From Syntrophales bacterium (lineage in GTDB: Bacteria > Desulfobacterota > Syntrophia > Syntrophales > UBA2210): a stretch of 64,000 bases of DNA. Shown piece after piece: positions 20,239-31,332 of this stretch; the stretch's first letter is position 1, and each line of letters starts with the position of its first letter. A program made the translations under genes and the position numbers. The DNA lies in contig CAXXKT010000001.1 of NCBI GenBank assembly GCA_963662405.2, positions 1,536,001-1,600,000 of the forward strand, read 5' to 3'. The notes under the pieces were generated by a model. It saw nothing but the letters and a program-made list of their open reading frames with translations, ran no database searches and was not told the DNA's origin.

Positions 20239-21825
20239 TTAGCCATCGACACGGTTATTGTGCGTCCAACGCCACGCGATGCGGTAGTCCATACGGTGTG
20301 CCTTGAGGTAGCCGGCACCGATAAAGTCCTTTATGGTACCCGAAACCAGTGCCGAATCAAATCCCGTTGCCTCCTCGATCCTGCGGCACAGGGCGCGGAC
20401 GGAACCGTTGTCCGACGCGTCGTCGATGGGAAAACAGCCGTAGGTCTCGATCAGGTCCTCGGATAGCAAACGGTAGGTCAGCTGCATCCTGAAATGTCCT
20501 CCGACCTGGAGCTTGTCTTCGGGCAGCCCCCGCCCCTCCCGGCAGTCACGCACCTGTTTCTCCCATTTTTCGGCTATTTCACGATCAAGCGCTGCGACGA
20601 ACGATTCCATCTCTTCGGGGGCGAGCCGGGACGTCCTGACGATAGCGCTGTTCGCATCATACCGTGTCCAGTCGTCCGTCAGTATTTCGAGATCATACTC
20701 CTCAATCCTCTCGCGCACGTCCGTGCCGGGGAAGGGGGCGAGAAAATGATATCCGTAGGCGATTCCCAGGCTCTTCGCGAATTCCCTCGTGTCGACGAGG
20801 GACTCCGGCGATTCTCCGGGGAGTCCCACCATAAATGAGGCGTGGGCTATGATCCCCGCTTCTTTGCATAGCCTGACCGCCCGTCGTGCCTGTTCGAGGG
20901 TGATTCCCTTTCTGACCCGTCGGAGCATTTCGTGATTGCCGGACTCGATCCCGAAACTGATCCCGTCGCATCCGGCATCGCGCATCATCTCGAGTATCTC
21001 CCGGTCGACCGTATTGACCCGCGCAAAGGCACTCCACTGGAAGGCGAGGCCCCGCTTCATGATCTGTTCGCACACCTCGCGGACCCGCCGCTTATTGGAG
21101 GTGAACAGATCGTCCGCCACGTTGATCCGGGAGATCCCGTACGACAGGATTTCTTCGATCTCATCCATCACGCATTCCACCGTACGGTAGCGGACCTTTT
21201 GGCCCACCATCCGTCTTCCCTGACAGAATATACAGGGGTTCGGACATCCCCGGCTCGTGATGATGCTGACCGGGAAGCCGAGCGCCCGATAGCGTGACAG
21301 GGGGAGGAGATGACGGGCCGGAGGGGGGATGGAATCGAGATCCTCGATCAGTTCCCTCGATTCGGTAACGATGATTTCGCCGTTCCGCCGGAAGGCGATG
21401 CCTCGTATGTCAGGCCACGCGGACCGATCCGCGTAGTGAGGGACCAGTTCCGCGATGGTCTCTTCCCCTTCACCCAGGACCAGGAGGTCGATCTCGGGGT
21501 ACGTCTCAAGGGTGCGGGAGGCATCGAAGGAGACATGGGGCCCTCCCATGATGGCCAGGATAGAGGGGCGGTGTCTCTTGGCCGTTCGCACGATATCCGC
21601 GGCGGTGGGGAAGGTCATGGTCACCGATGTCGCCCCCACGATGTCGGGTTCAAAGGCGTCCAAATCCGCCTTGAGTTTTTCCACGGTATACCGCGATACG
21701 ATATAGTCGATTATTTTCACCCGGCACCCCGCCGCCTCGAATGCCGCTGCCGCATACGAGACCCCCAGCGGGGGGGCCGGGGCCTCGTCAAGGGGGTATG
21801 GAGGAGCAATGATGGCTACTTTCAT
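20239..21825 (-). CDS. Cobalamin-binding radical SAM protein
   Basis: N-terminal B12 domain (PPLG..GGPH..GEGE), TSRGCPNPCIFC, GIESG, PFPGT. Confidence 0.9.
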   Translation of the reverse strand: MKVAIIAPPYPLDEAPAPPLGVSYAAAAFEAAGCRVKIIDYIVSRYTVEKLKADLDAFEPDIVGATSVTMTFPTAADIVRTAKRHRPSILAIMGGPHVSFDASRTLETYPEIDLLVLGEGEETIAELVPHYADRSAWPDIRGIAFRRNGEIIVTESRELIEDLDSIPPPARHLLPLSRYRALGFPVSIITSRGCPNPCIFCQGRRMVGQKVRYRTVECVMDEIEEILSYGISRINVADDLFTSNKRRVREVCEQIMKRGLAFQWSAFARVNTVDREILEMMRDAGCDGISFGIESGNHEMLRRVRKGITLEQARRAVRLCKEAGIIAHASFMVGLPGESPESLVDTREFAKSLGIAYGYHFLAPFPGTDVRERIEEYDLEILTDDWTRYDANSAIVRTSRLAPEEMESFVAALDREIAEKWEKQVRDCREGRGLPEDKLQVGGHFRMQLTYRLLSEDLIETYGCFPIDDASDNGSVRALCRRIEEATGFDSALVSGTIKDFIGAGYLKAHRMDYRIAWRWTHNNRVDG

Positions 21826-21882
21826 GAAGAATATACCGTTTTCGTTTTGATTACCGTGTGTTGTCCGGTTCCTGCGGACGGA

Positions 21883-22812
21883 TCACCCCGTTGACAGAGG
21901 CGTGTCCTGATCTCCTTTCAGGAGGGCGTCGATCAATTCATCCTTTTCCTGCCAGAGCCGGGCCACCCATTCCTGAAACCTTTGTCTGAAATGGGGATCA
22001 TCCTGATAATTCCCCTCGACGAATTCCGGGGGGATCGGCCGGGTCTTGACCCGCGCGATGATTCGTGACACGCGACCGGAGACAAAGTCCCAGAAGGTAA
22101 AGGCCCCTTCGGGGTACACGATCGTCACATCGAGCATCTTTGTGATCTTTCCCGCCATCGCATTGATGGCGAAGGCGAATCCGCCCGCCCGGGGACGCAG
22201 GAGGTGCCGGTAGGGGGAGTGTTGTTCCCTGTGCTTTTCAGGGGTGAAACGCGTCCCTTCGATAAAATTGAGGATGGCAACGGGTGTCTGCTTGTACCGT
22301 TCGCACATCCGTCGTGTCGTTGCCAGATCCGCTCCGTGAAACTCCGGGTGCTGAGCAATGAACTCTTTTGAGTAACGCTTCATAAAGGGGTAGTCGAGGG
22401 CCCAGAAGGCGGTGCCGAGGATCGGGATCCAGAAGAGTTCCTGTTTGAGAAAAAATTTGGGGAAGGGGATGCGGCCGGTAAATATCTTGAGAAGGACGAT
22501 GATATCCGCCCAGGCTTGATGGTTGCTGTTGACGAAATACCATTCATTCAGATCCAAACCGTCGGTCCCCTTCACATCCCACGAGATCTTCTGCGTCAGG
22601 GTGAGGACGCAGAGGATCCCCCTGATCCACCAGTAAATAGTCCCCATCAGCAGTCGTGCGCAGAGGCGCTGCCACGGGGGGAAGCGGATGACGAACTTCA
22701 GCAGTGCCAGGATATAAAGAGGGATCGAAAAGACAAAGGTATTCAGCGCTGCCAGAAGGATCGATACCACCCCCAGAAGGTATGGCGGGAGAAAAGACAA
22801 CATCCCGATCAC
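21883..22812 (-). CDS. Lysophospholipid acyltransferase, YihG-like
   Basis: NHQAWADI, FLKQEL.WIP..PFMKR, FIEGTRFT, HLLRPRAGG. Confidence 0.85.
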   Translation of the reverse strand: MIGMLSFLPPYLLGVVSILLAALNTFVFSIPLYILALLKFVIRFPPWQRLCARLLMGTIYWWIRGILCVLTLTQKISWDVKGTDGLDLNEWYFVNSNHQAWADIIVLLKIFTGRIPFPKFFLKQELFWIPILGTAFWALDYPFMKRYSKEFIAQHPEFHGADLATTRRMCERYKQTPVAILNFIEGTRFTPEKHREQHSPYRHLLRPRAGGFAFAINAMAGKITKMLDVTIVYPEGAFTFWDFVSGRVSRIIARVKTRPIPPEFVEGNYQDDPHFRQRFQEWVARLWQEKDELIDALLKGDQDTPLSTG

Positions 22813-23387
22813 TCGAATTTAACCTGAGGAGCTGCTTGGGCTGATTCGGGTACCTCGAAAAACTCCGCCTTCGTGAAACCGAAAAGACCCGCCATCAGAT
22901 TGGCCGGGAAGGTCCTGATCCTGACATTATAGGCCCTCACGGTTTCGTTGTAGCGTCTTCTCTCGACGGCGATCCGGTTCTCCGTGCCGGCCAGTTCATC
23001 CTGGAGTCTGATGAAGTTCTGATTCGACTTGATATCCGGATAGCGTTCCACGGTCACGAGCAGTCTGCCGAGGGCGCTGGTAAGCTGGTTGTTCGCCTCT
23101 ATCTTATCGGGAATATTCTTCGCTCCCCCCACCTTGGCCCGGGCCTCGGTCACGCCGATGAAGACCTCTTTCTCCTGAGCGGCAAACCCTTTTACCGTTT
23201 CAACGAGATTGGGGATCAGGTCGTAGCGCCTCTGCAATTGATTTTCCACCTGGGCCCACGCCGCCTTTACCCCTTCATCCAAAGTGACGAAGCTGTTGTA
23301 TGTCCCCTTGAGGCCGGAATAGAACATCAGCAGGACCACAACGACCACCCCCACGGCGATCAAAAGATTTCTTTTCCCCTTTGTCAT
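22809..23387 (-). CDS. lemA: LemA family protein
   Basis: QRRYDLIPNLVETVKG, ERYPDIK, ENRIAVERRRYN. Confidence 0.95.
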   Translation of the reverse strand: MTKGKRNLLIAVGVVVVVLLMFYSGLKGTYNSFVTLDEGVKAAWAQVENQLQRRYDLIPNLVETVKGFAAQEKEVFIGVTEARAKVGGAKNIPDKIEANNQLTSALGRLLVTVERYPDIKSNQNFIRLQDELAGTENRIAVERRRYNETVRAYNVRIRTFPANLMAGLFGFTKAEFFEVPESAQAAPQVKFE

Positions 23388-23469
23388 CGATACGCTCCTC
23401 CTTCATACAATATGATTGTTTTTATTGAAGCCTGCGGGCCGCATGCGGGGCAGGTCGTTCAGGATATCG

Positions 23470-24201
23470 TTACTCTAAGGTGTCGACACAATTCCACAGC
23501 CGCCTCACCTCGGCAAGATATTTCTTCATGGCGTCGTCCGTCTCGGGCGGGGGAAGTTTCTTTCCCTCTTTGATATCGAGACAATGGAGAAATGCATCGG
23601 CATCGATCCGAAGTTCACGGGTAAGTGCCTCCACGATCTCCCGCCGTGTGGAAGGGATCGCCACATCTTTGAGGTACAAGAGCCCTCTGAAGATCGAAAT
23701 AAAGGCGGTGATCGATTCCGCAATCAGGGCCTGTATGCGCTTGGTCTTACCTTCCGTCTCCAGGAATCGCTCCCTGAGAAGGAGCAGTTTCCCCTTGATC
23801 TCCCGTTCGCACTGAAGCCTGAGGTGCTCCCGCCCGAATGCTATGCCGCCCAGCACATCCGTGCCGTACACGAGGAGGTAACTCTCCCGCATGTTCAGGA
23901 ATTCGAGCGGGTACGAGTCAAGTGAAGAGTCGATGTAGGATGTGGTCATAAAGAGCGGTGTTGCCACCCCCTTTTTGCGCCACCGGGAAACCGTTGCAAT
24001 GGCCCGATCCAGATGATCAATGGCCTCTTCGGAAAGGACGATCAGGAAGTTCAGATCCGATTTCCCCGGTCGGTAGTCTCCCCCCGCCGCGCTGCCGTAC
24101 AGGGTGATCGAAATGAGGTCATCCCCATAGAGCTTCCGATACTCCTCGGAGATAGCGGGAAAGATCGTTGCCGGTTTGTCTGTTTTTACCATGGTATTCA
24201 T
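23470..24201 (-). CDS. Pol-beta-type nucleotidyltransferase domain protein
   Basis: LYGSAAGGDY..SDLNFLIV plus helical C-terminal domain. Confidence 0.8.
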   Translation of the reverse strand: MNTMVKTDKPATIFPAISEEYRKLYGDDLISITLYGSAAGGDYRPGKSDLNFLIVLSEEAIDHLDRAIATVSRWRKKGVATPLFMTTSYIDSSLDSYPLEFLNMRESYLLVYGTDVLGGIAFGREHLRLQCEREIKGKLLLLRERFLETEGKTKRIQALIAESITAFISIFRGLLYLKDVAIPSTRREIVEALTRELRIDADAFLHCLDIKEGKKLPPPETDDAMKKYLAEVRRLWNCVDTLE

Positions 24202-24225
24202 TTCCTCCAGGATAGTGAATCGGGG

Positions 24226-24987
24226 TTAAAACCCCCGTCCCGCGCCGCCGCCGCCGCTCATGCCGCCGCCGAATCCGCCGAATCCGCCGCCGAATCCGCC
24301 GAATCCGCCGCCCCCTCCTCTGCCGCCCATCAGGAGCATGAGCAGTAGGAATGGGAGCATGCGTCTGCCTTGACGGGTCCCCAGGAGCAGGGACATGACA
24401 ATCAGGAGCATGATCAGAGAGAAAACGCTGCTCCCCTTTTTCTGTCGTGACATCGAGTTCTTGCGTGTCTGCGGCACCCCGGTTAGCGAGACGCCCGCGT
24501 CCTTCGCGATAACGGATGAGACGGCAACCATGGCGCTCGACAGGCCCTTATCGTAATCACCTGTCTTGAGGGAGGGGATTACGTATCGGTCCAGGATCTC
24601 TCCCACGAGACCGTCAGGCAGGATCCCCTCAACGCCGTATCCCGTTTCAATCCTGATGCTCCTCTCCTGGAGGGCAAGGAATATCAAAACCCCCTTATCT
24701 TCTCCCTTTTTCCCGATACCCCATGCCTCGTACAAACGGTTTGCATAGCTGGCGGGATCATCCCCCCCGATCTCCTTCATCGTGACCACAACGACCGATG
24801 TCCCCGCCTTTTCAATGACCTCCCGGGCGAGAGATTTCATCGACTGTTCGTATCGTGGCGAGATAACCCCCGCGAAGTCGTTGACGGCCCCCGCGGGCCT
24901 CGGAAAATCATTCCCAAAGGCGCACGTGGCGATCAGACAGATCGCCATCGTTACAATGAGCAGGGCCGCTCCTATTTTTTTCTTCAA
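24226..24987 (-). CDS. TPM (DUF477/YgcG) domain membrane protein with Gly-rich tail
   Basis: VNDFAGVI, WGIGKKGEDKGVLI, IETGYGVEGILPD, GGGFGGFGGGMSGGGGAGRGF. Confidence 0.9.
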   Translation of the reverse strand: MKKKIGAALLIVTMAICLIATCAFGNDFPRPAGAVNDFAGVISPRYEQSMKSLAREVIEKAGTSVVVVTMKEIGGDDPASYANRLYEAWGIGKKGEDKGVLIFLALQERSIRIETGYGVEGILPDGLVGEILDRYVIPSLKTGDYDKGLSSAMVAVSSVIAKDAGVSLTGVPQTRKNSMSRQKKGSSVFSLIMLLIVMSLLLGTRQGRRMLPFLLLMLLMGGRGGGGGFGGFGGGFGGFGGGMSGGGGAGRGF

Positions 24988-25031
24988 ATCAGGGGTTCCT
25001 TTCGTGCAATCTAATCATAGCCGATACCGTC

Positions 25032-25730
25032 CTACTCTGTGTCAACCGCTTTCTGCACACCCTTGAGGAATTCGCCGACGGCCTTTCCCTTTTCCTCGGG
25101 AGTCAACTTCTCGAATTCCTCCTGAGAATGGCTCCACCCTTCCATCTTGTTATTGAGGTGACGGGTACTATAGGTGGCGCTGAGGTTTGTCACCAGGAGG
25201 ATACCGAAGAGGACACCGAAGACGATCCAGGCTCGTTGTGCCCTGATTGCGTGTACCTCGATACTGGCGCATACCACCAGGTAGGTCATCCATACCAGCC
25301 CCAAGGCCGCCCCCAGATAGGGGACAATGCCGAGGATAGTAGTGACGGGTGTGATCGCTGCGGCATAGGCTCCGCAGCGGTAGGCGGTTTCGAATGGCTC
25401 CTGCGATCCCATAATTTTCCAAATGACGAACATGATAGCTGCACCCACGAATCCGAATATGATCGCGAATACCGGAGTTACTATCAGAAACAAAAGGGCC
25501 GTGCCGAAAGATCCGGCAAAACCGAGCCCCGTGATCGACAGGATCAGATTAATGACACCCACGATAATCCCTATCCCCGCCACGAATATCAGAGGGTCGC
25601 TGAATCCGCCGCCTCTGGGCATTGTCCTGAAAAACCCGGCGGGATTCAGAATCACCTCTTTCATCGTGTTGAGTATCGCTACTATATTTTCCTTCATTCG
25701 TTTTTCGATCTTCGATTTGTCGTCCCCCAT
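25032..25730 (-). CDS. Yip1-domain membrane protein
   Basis: VILNPAGFFR followed by about five TM helices; ATG at 25730 after GAGGGGG. Confidence 0.75.
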   Translation of the reverse strand: MGDDKSKIEKRMKENIVAILNTMKEVILNPAGFFRTMPRGGGFSDPLIFVAGIGIIVGVINLILSITGLGFAGSFGTALLFLIVTPVFAIIFGFVGAAIMFVIWKIMGSQEPFETAYRCGAYAAAITPVTTILGIVPYLGAALGLVWMTYLVVCASIEVHAIRAQRAWIVFGVLFGILLVTNLSATYSTRHLNNKMEGWSHSQEEFEKLTPEEKGKAVGEFLKGVQKAVDTE

Positions 25731-26350
25731 TGATCCCCCCTCTGAGTAGCTGCTGATTTTACAACAAGCAATCGCATCAAAGATTGTGCCGGATAGCCAT
25801 ATCCTGTAGACGCTCCCTGTTCGAGCCGAAAATATCCTGAACAAGACGGCAGATAGGCTCAAAATCAACATATTACGGAAGCATTGAGTGTGCATTCTGC
25901 CACAACTGTAGATGACAACGCAACTTTTTTCCCAAGCAGGACGATACCGGTGTGCTCGAAACGTCTCTGGATTTGCTCACAATATATGGTGAACTCTTAC
26001 GGCTTTGTCGAATTTTCACCCGAAGAGATTGGGTGGTGAGAGGGACTTGAGTGGGATACGGGAGAATGTATGGCTTTGATATCAAATTGTTATCTCGAAG
26101 TGATTCAGAAAAAAGATGATGCCGCCGGAGGGCGGCAGGCTCTGGGTATTTCCCCGAGAGGAGGCAATATGAAATGTAACCCCGGGAAGGGACACGACGG
26201 CAACCGCACGGTGTGATCCGAGGGTGGTTGATTGGAGGCGTTTTTTTGATGAATTGACTTGATTTTTTGCGCGCGGGATACGAAACTTAGCCGATCCTTG
26301 GGGGCTCCTCTGGGGAGAGGCGGCTCAATACTTTATCTGAGAGGTTTTCT

Positions 26351-26939
26351 ATGTCGAAACAAATATGGATCGTGGGAATACTGATTTCCCTTATGGCCTT
26401 TTCCCTGGGCTGCTCGGCCTTTATGAAGGCGGATATCCTTGTGATTCAAGACGATTACAGGGGAGCTATCGAACTGTACCAGCAATATCTTGTGCACCAT
26501 CCCGGCGATTTCGATGCGATCCGCAATCTCGGATTTGCCTACTTCAAGGCGGGAATGTCGGATCGTGCGGTTGAGGCATTTCGGGCTTCACTCGAGATAA
26601 CTCCCTCAGACCCCTTTACAATCCTGTACCTCGGTGCGACATATCTCGGGCAGAAAAAACTCAGTCAGGCTACAGAGGTATGGGAACAATTTGAAGATAG
26701 TGGCCGACCGCAGGTTGAAAATGAAATCGAAAGGCAGTTGGTATTGCTGCGAGCCGCATCCCGTGCAACCGGATCAACCCGTGACGCGAAAGCGTCACTG
26801 GTCAGGCAGATGGAGCAAGCGGCCTTGCAGGTTGAAGCAGCGTGGCAGAAAGCCGAGGTTCAGGCTGCAACCGAAGGGGGAGGAAATCCAAACGCCAACG
26901 GCGATGGTGATGGAGGGGGGGGGGAGCGGCGGCGGGTGA
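26351..26939 (+). CDS. TPR-repeat lipoprotein; true end probably 26939 across a G10 run (in-frame read extends to 27073)
   Basis: Lipobox SLGC and TPR-like helices; removing one G at 26915-26924 gives a GDGDGGGGSGGG-stop tail. Confidence 0.6.
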
Positions 26940-27128
26940 GGGTGCTAGCACCGCGTGTGTTCTGTATGAACGCCTCATACATCATATTCATCCGAATCGT
27001 ATGGAAAGAGGACTTCCGTTGTCGTCTGTTTCATACGCATACCCCCGGTTATCTGTTTTTGGTCTTGACATGAAGAATAAACTACTATAGGAAGCTTCTT
27101 TCAAGATTCCACAAAGGAGGAGATATTT

Positions 27129-27392
27129 TTGGCAAATCACAAGTCCGCCGAAAAGAGGGCGCGGCAGAGCGAGAAGAGACGGATACGGAACGCCTCCGCG
27201 AGGTCTCGTGTCAAGACGGCAGTCAAAGCTGTGCTCAGGTCCGTTGAAGAGAAAGACGCAGAAAGGTCACGAGAGGTGCTTCGTGACACAACAAAGACGA
27301 TCGCCAAGGCAGTCCCCAAGGGGATATTCCATAAGAAAACGGCCGCTCGTAAGATATCCAGACTGACCAAAAAGGTAAATGCCCTGGGGTAG
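27129..27392 (+). CDS. rpsT: 30S ribosomal protein S20
   Basis: MANHKSAEKRARQ..KGIFHKKTAARKISRL; TTG start, RBS AGGAGG. Confidence 0.97.
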   Translation: MANHKSAEKRARQSEKRRIRNASARSRVKTAVKAVLRSVEEKDAERSREVLRDTTKTIAKAVPKGIFHKKTAARKISRLTKKVNALG

Positions 27393-27394
27393 CG

Positions 27395-27910
27395 TCAGAA
27401 CCCCGACATGATGTTTCGGTAAGCCTTGTCCGCCATGTCGACCGACAGCTTCCGGAGTGCATTTATCTTGTTGGTGTCGGTTACGGAGGTGTTCGCGTCT
27501 ATCGTGTAGGCCTCTCGGTCCGAGAGGCCGCTGTTTGCCCAGATAACCTCCTTGTTGCCGGTTTTCCTGAATACGATTTCCAGCGTCATGGTCACGCGAT
27601 CTTCCCTGGCAAGGTCGCTGCTGCTGTAGGCAAGATGTGAGGTGGTAATACTCACGATTTTCCCCGTCAGAAGCGCATCCGCCTCGCCTAAACGCGCGAC
27701 GGGTGTGAACCGACTGCTCTTCCTGAAGCGGTTGAAAAATGCGTTTCTCACATAGTTCCCAATATTCGCTTCACTTGTCCTGTTGGCGAATTCGCCGATA
27801 AAGACCGTTTGGACCCCGGTATCGATATGATCGCCTCCGGGGGCAAAGTGATACCCGCATCCCAAACAGAGAAGCGCCAGTATAACCGGTAGAACCCGTT
27901 TCACCTTCAT
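27395..27910 (-). CDS. lptE: LPS assembly lipoprotein LptE-like
   Basis: Lipobox LGCGYHF; conserved position downstream of leuS. Confidence 0.8.
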   Translation of the reverse strand: MKVKRVLPVILALLCLGCGYHFAPGGDHIDTGVQTVFIGEFANRTSEANIGNYVRNAFFNRFRKSSRFTPVARLGEADALLTGKIVSITTSHLAYSSSDLAREDRVTMTLEIVFRKTGNKEVIWANSGLSDREAYTIDANTSVTDTNKINALRKLSVDMADKAYRNIMSGF

Positions 27911-27979
27911 GGACACCCTCGCGTTCGCCGGGACCCCGAACTATGGTGATCCCTTCGCGACTTCCAAAAATTCCGATCG

Positions 27980-30562
27980 CTATTTAATGACGATATTCAC
28001 CAGTTTTTTCGGCACATAGATCTCCTTGATCACCTGTTTGTCACCGATAAACTGTTTGATCTTCCCGTCGTTCAGGGCCAGTTCCTTGATCGTGTCGTCC
28101 GATTCGGATGCAGAGACCTGGAGGCGGCTCCGCACCTTGCCGTTGACCTGTACGACGATGGTGATCTCTTCCTCGGCGGCGACCTGCTGATCGAACGAGG
28201 GCCACGGGGTTTCGGAGAGCCGCTGCGCACCGCCGATTGTTTCCCACAACTCTTCCGTTATGTGCGGCACGATCGGTGAGAGGATGATGATGATATCTTC
28301 AACCGTCTCACGGATCACGGAGAAGGCCTTCGTATCCCCCGCCTCCGGACGCCGTGTCTGGTAGAGGGTATTGACCAGTTCCATTACCGCGCTGATCGCC
28401 GTGTTGAAGTGGAAACGATCCTCAATGTCGGTTGTCACCTTCTTGATGGTCTGGTGTGTTTTTTTCCGCAGGATCTTGAGATCGCCGTCGAGTTCCTCGC
28501 CGCCGTCAAAAGGCGCCAGCCTTTTGATATCATCGAGATAATCAATGATAATGCGCCACACCCGGCTGAGAAAACGGAAGGACCCGTCCACTCCCTGGTC
28601 ACTCCACTCCAGGTCACGTTCAGGAGGTGAGGCGAAGAGGCAGAACATCCGGGCCGTATCCGCACCGTACTCTTCGATGATATAGTTGGGATCGACCACG
28701 TTCTTCAAGGATTTTGACATCTTTTCGGTCTTCCCGATTGTCACCTCGCGGTCGCAGTGTACGCACTTTCCGTCCCTGACTTCTTCGGGGAGGAGGTAGC
28801 CGTGTTCCCGGCACCGCATCGTCTCTTTGCAGACCATCCCCTGGGTCAAGAGGTTGGAGAAGGGTTCGTCGACACCGAGCACACCGAAGTCCCTGAGCAT
28901 TTTCGTATAGAATCGGGCATAGAGGAGGTGCATGATCGCATGCTCGATCCCGCCGATGTACTGATCGACAGGAAGCCAGTAGTCCGTTTGCCCCCGGTCA
29001 AGGCCGGGTTTCTCGTCGTTGTGCGCCGAGCAATACCGGGCGAAGTACCAGGAGGACTCGACAAAGGTGTCCATCGTGTCCGTCTCGCGCCGTGCCGGCC
29101 CTCCGCAGTTGGGGCACGTGACATGCACGAATGAGTCAACCTTCCCGAGGGGAGATTCTCCTTCGCCCGTCAATGCCACATCCTTCGGGAGGACGACGGG
29201 GAGATCCGCTTCCGGCACAGGGACGACCCCACACTTCTCGCAATTGATCATCGGGATAGGTGCCCCCCAGTAGCGCTGCCGCGATATCCCCCAGTCCCGC
29301 AGACGATATTCGATCGTTTTTCTCCCCCTCCCGAGCGACTCCAGATATTCCGCGATATCCTCGAGGGCCTTCAGGTTTTTCATGCCGTCGAATTTCCCGG
29401 AATTGATGAGAATCCCCTCGTCCACATAGGCCTCGGTCATCGTCGCCGCATCCAGCGGTTCGTCGGGATTCTGGATCACCACGATCTTTTCGAGTCCGTA
29501 TTTCTCGGCGAACTCAAAGTCCCGCTGATCGTGGGTGGGAACGGCCATGACGCACCCCGTTCCGTAGTCCGCCAGGACGAAATTCGCCGCGTAGATGGGC
29601 ATCCGTTTGTTCGTCACCGGGTTGAGACAGTAGGCATCCAGAAAGACACCTTCCTTTTCATAATAATCGGAGGTCCGCATCATCCGGTCCTGTTTCTTGA
29701 CACGCTCGACAAAGGCCTTGACGTCACCCTCCACCGGTTTTCCCGCCGCAAGCTGCATCACCAAGGGGTGCTCCGCCGCGATCAGCATGAAGGTGGCCCC
29801 GAAGATCGTGTCCTGCCGAGTGGTAAAGACCTTGATGACATCGCCGGAGTCGGCCATGGGGAAGACAAGCTCGCACCCGTGACTCTTGCCGATCCAGTTT
29901 TTCTGCATGGTGAGGACGCGCTCCGGCCACCCGGGGAGCTTGTCGCAGTAGTCCAGGAGTTCCTCGACGTAGTTGGTGATACGGAAAAACCACTGATCAA
30001 AGTACTGCTCGGTCACCTCGCTGCCGCACCGCCAGCACAGACCCGCCTCGACCTGTTCATTTGCCAGGACGGTCTTGCAGGTGGGACACCAGTTGACGGA
30101 TCCACCCTTCTTGTAGGCAAGGCCCTTTTCGTACATCCAGAGGAAGAAGAGTTGTTCCCACCGGTAGTAGTCCGGTTCACAGGTGGAGATCTCCCGGTCC
30201 CAGTCATAGCTGAACCCCATCCTCTTGAGTTGCACCTTCATGGAGTCGATGTTCTCGTTGGTCCACTTCGCGGGGGGAATCCCATGTTCGATGGCGGCGT
30301 TTTCAGCGGGCATGCCGAAGGAATCCCATCCGATGGGATGCAGGACGTTATACCCGCGCATCTTCATATACCGGGCCACGACATCACCGATGGTATAGTT
30401 TCTCACGTGCCCCATATGGATTCGTCCGGAGGGATAGGGAAACATCTCGAGGAGGTAATATTTTTCCTTCGTGGTGTCTTCAAATACCGTGAAGGTCTTG
30501 TTACGGTCCCAGTAATCCTGCCATTTTTCCTCTATCTTCCGAGGGTTATACTTTCTCTTCAT
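27980..30562 (-). CDS. leuS: Leucine--tRNA ligase
   Basis: MFPYPSG.IHMGH, SRQRYWG, GGIEHA, KMSKS. Confidence 0.98.
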   Translation of the reverse strand: MKRKYNPRKIEEKWQDYWDRNKTFTVFEDTTKEKYYLLEMFPYPSGRIHMGHVRNYTIGDVVARYMKMRGYNVLHPIGWDSFGMPAENAAIEHGIPPAKWTNENIDSMKVQLKRMGFSYDWDREISTCEPDYYRWEQLFFLWMYEKGLAYKKGGSVNWCPTCKTVLANEQVEAGLCWRCGSEVTEQYFDQWFFRITNYVEELLDYCDKLPGWPERVLTMQKNWIGKSHGCELVFPMADSGDVIKVFTTRQDTIFGATFMLIAAEHPLVMQLAAGKPVEGDVKAFVERVKKQDRMMRTSDYYEKEGVFLDAYCLNPVTNKRMPIYAANFVLADYGTGCVMAVPTHDQRDFEFAEKYGLEKIVVIQNPDEPLDAATMTEAYVDEGILINSGKFDGMKNLKALEDIAEYLESLGRGRKTIEYRLRDWGISRQRYWGAPIPMINCEKCGVVPVPEADLPVVLPKDVALTGEGESPLGKVDSFVHVTCPNCGGPARRETDTMDTFVESSWYFARYCSAHNDEKPGLDRGQTDYWLPVDQYIGGIEHAIMHLLYARFYTKMLRDFGVLGVDEPFSNLLTQGMVCKETMRCREHGYLLPEEVRDGKCVHCDREVTIGKTEKMSKSLKNVVDPNYIIEEYGADTARMFCLFASPPERDLEWSDQGVDGSFRFLSRVWRIIIDYLDDIKRLAPFDGGEELDGDLKILRKKTHQTIKKVTTDIEDRFHFNTAISAVMELVNTLYQTRRPEAGDTKAFSVIRETVEDIIIILSPIVPHITEELWETIGGAQRLSETPWPSFDQQVAAEEEITIVVQVNGKVRSRLQVSASESDDTIKELALNDGKIKQFIGDKQVIKEIYVPKKLVNIVIK

Positions 30563-30662
30563 AACGTACTCCCTTGATCAATGTGGAAGGAATCTCTAAC
30601 ACGTCTCCGGCATTCTTTCAATCCCATTTTTCCAATTATTCACGTCCCTTCACGTCCCTTCC

Positions 30663-30691
30663 TTGACATATATCGAGGCGATCCCTATATT
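30663..30691 (+). promoter_or_regulatory. Putative sigma70 promoter for gmhA-grpE-dnaK
   Basis: TTGACA-N17-TATATT. Confidence 0.6.
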
Positions 30692-30721
30692 ACCTTGCAA
30701 GACGAAAGCAGTGGGGGCAGT

Positions 30722-31315
30722 GTGGAAGATATCGAAGATATCGTCATACGGTCATTTCGGGAGAGCAGTCGTGTGAAAGAGGTCTTCGTGAATGAAAACC
30801 TCTCCCGGATTGTGAAGGCCGTCGATATAATCACCCAGGCCTTGAACGAAGGGCATAAGATACTCCTTTTCGGGAACGGAGGAAGTGCCGCCGATGCCCA
30901 GCACCTTGCGGCGGAATTCGTCAACCGGTTCCTCATCGAACGTCCCCCCCTCCCGGCCATTGCCTTGAGTACGGATACATCGGTAATCACCAGCATCGCG
31001 AATGATTATGATTTCTCAGAGATCTTTTCAAAGCAGATACGGGCTATCGGGAGCGAAAGGGATATAGCATGGGGGATCAGCACGAGCGGTACTTCTCCCA
31101 ACATGCTGAAGGCATTCAAGATTGCTTCAAAGATAGGAATGATCACCATGGCATTCACGGGAAGGGACGGAGGGAAGATGGCGGGGATGGCGGATATATG
31201 CCTCAATGTTTCATCCAACAGTACCCCCCGTATTCAGGAAGCGCACATCACGGCAGGACACATCATCTGTGAGATGGTGGATTACCGGCTGTTTAAAAAA
31301 CCGGGGAAGGAATAA
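30722..31315 (+). CDS. gmhA: Phosphoheptose isomerase
   Basis: GNGGSAADAQHLAAE, STSGTSPN, PRIQEAH. Confidence 0.93.
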   Translation: MEDIEDIVIRSFRESSRVKEVFVNENLSRIVKAVDIITQALNEGHKILLFGNGGSAADAQHLAAEFVNRFLIERPPLPAIALSTDTSVITSIANDYDFSEIFSKQIRAIGSERDIAWGISTSGTSPNMLKAFKIASKIGMITMAFTGRDGGKMAGMADICLNVSSNSTPRIQEAHITAGHIICEMVDYRLFKKPGKE

Positions 31316-31332
31316 AGGATACGTAAAGCATC

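Noticed and set aside
24240..24325. GCC/GAATCC tandem repeats
   Set aside because: Encode the Gly-Phe-rich tail typical of TPM proteins
26100..26340. Possible riboswitch or small ORF (MKCNPGKGHDGNRTV) with a good RBS
   Set aside because: I could not match a c-di-GMP or other aptamer consensus; the ORF is too short and featureless to support
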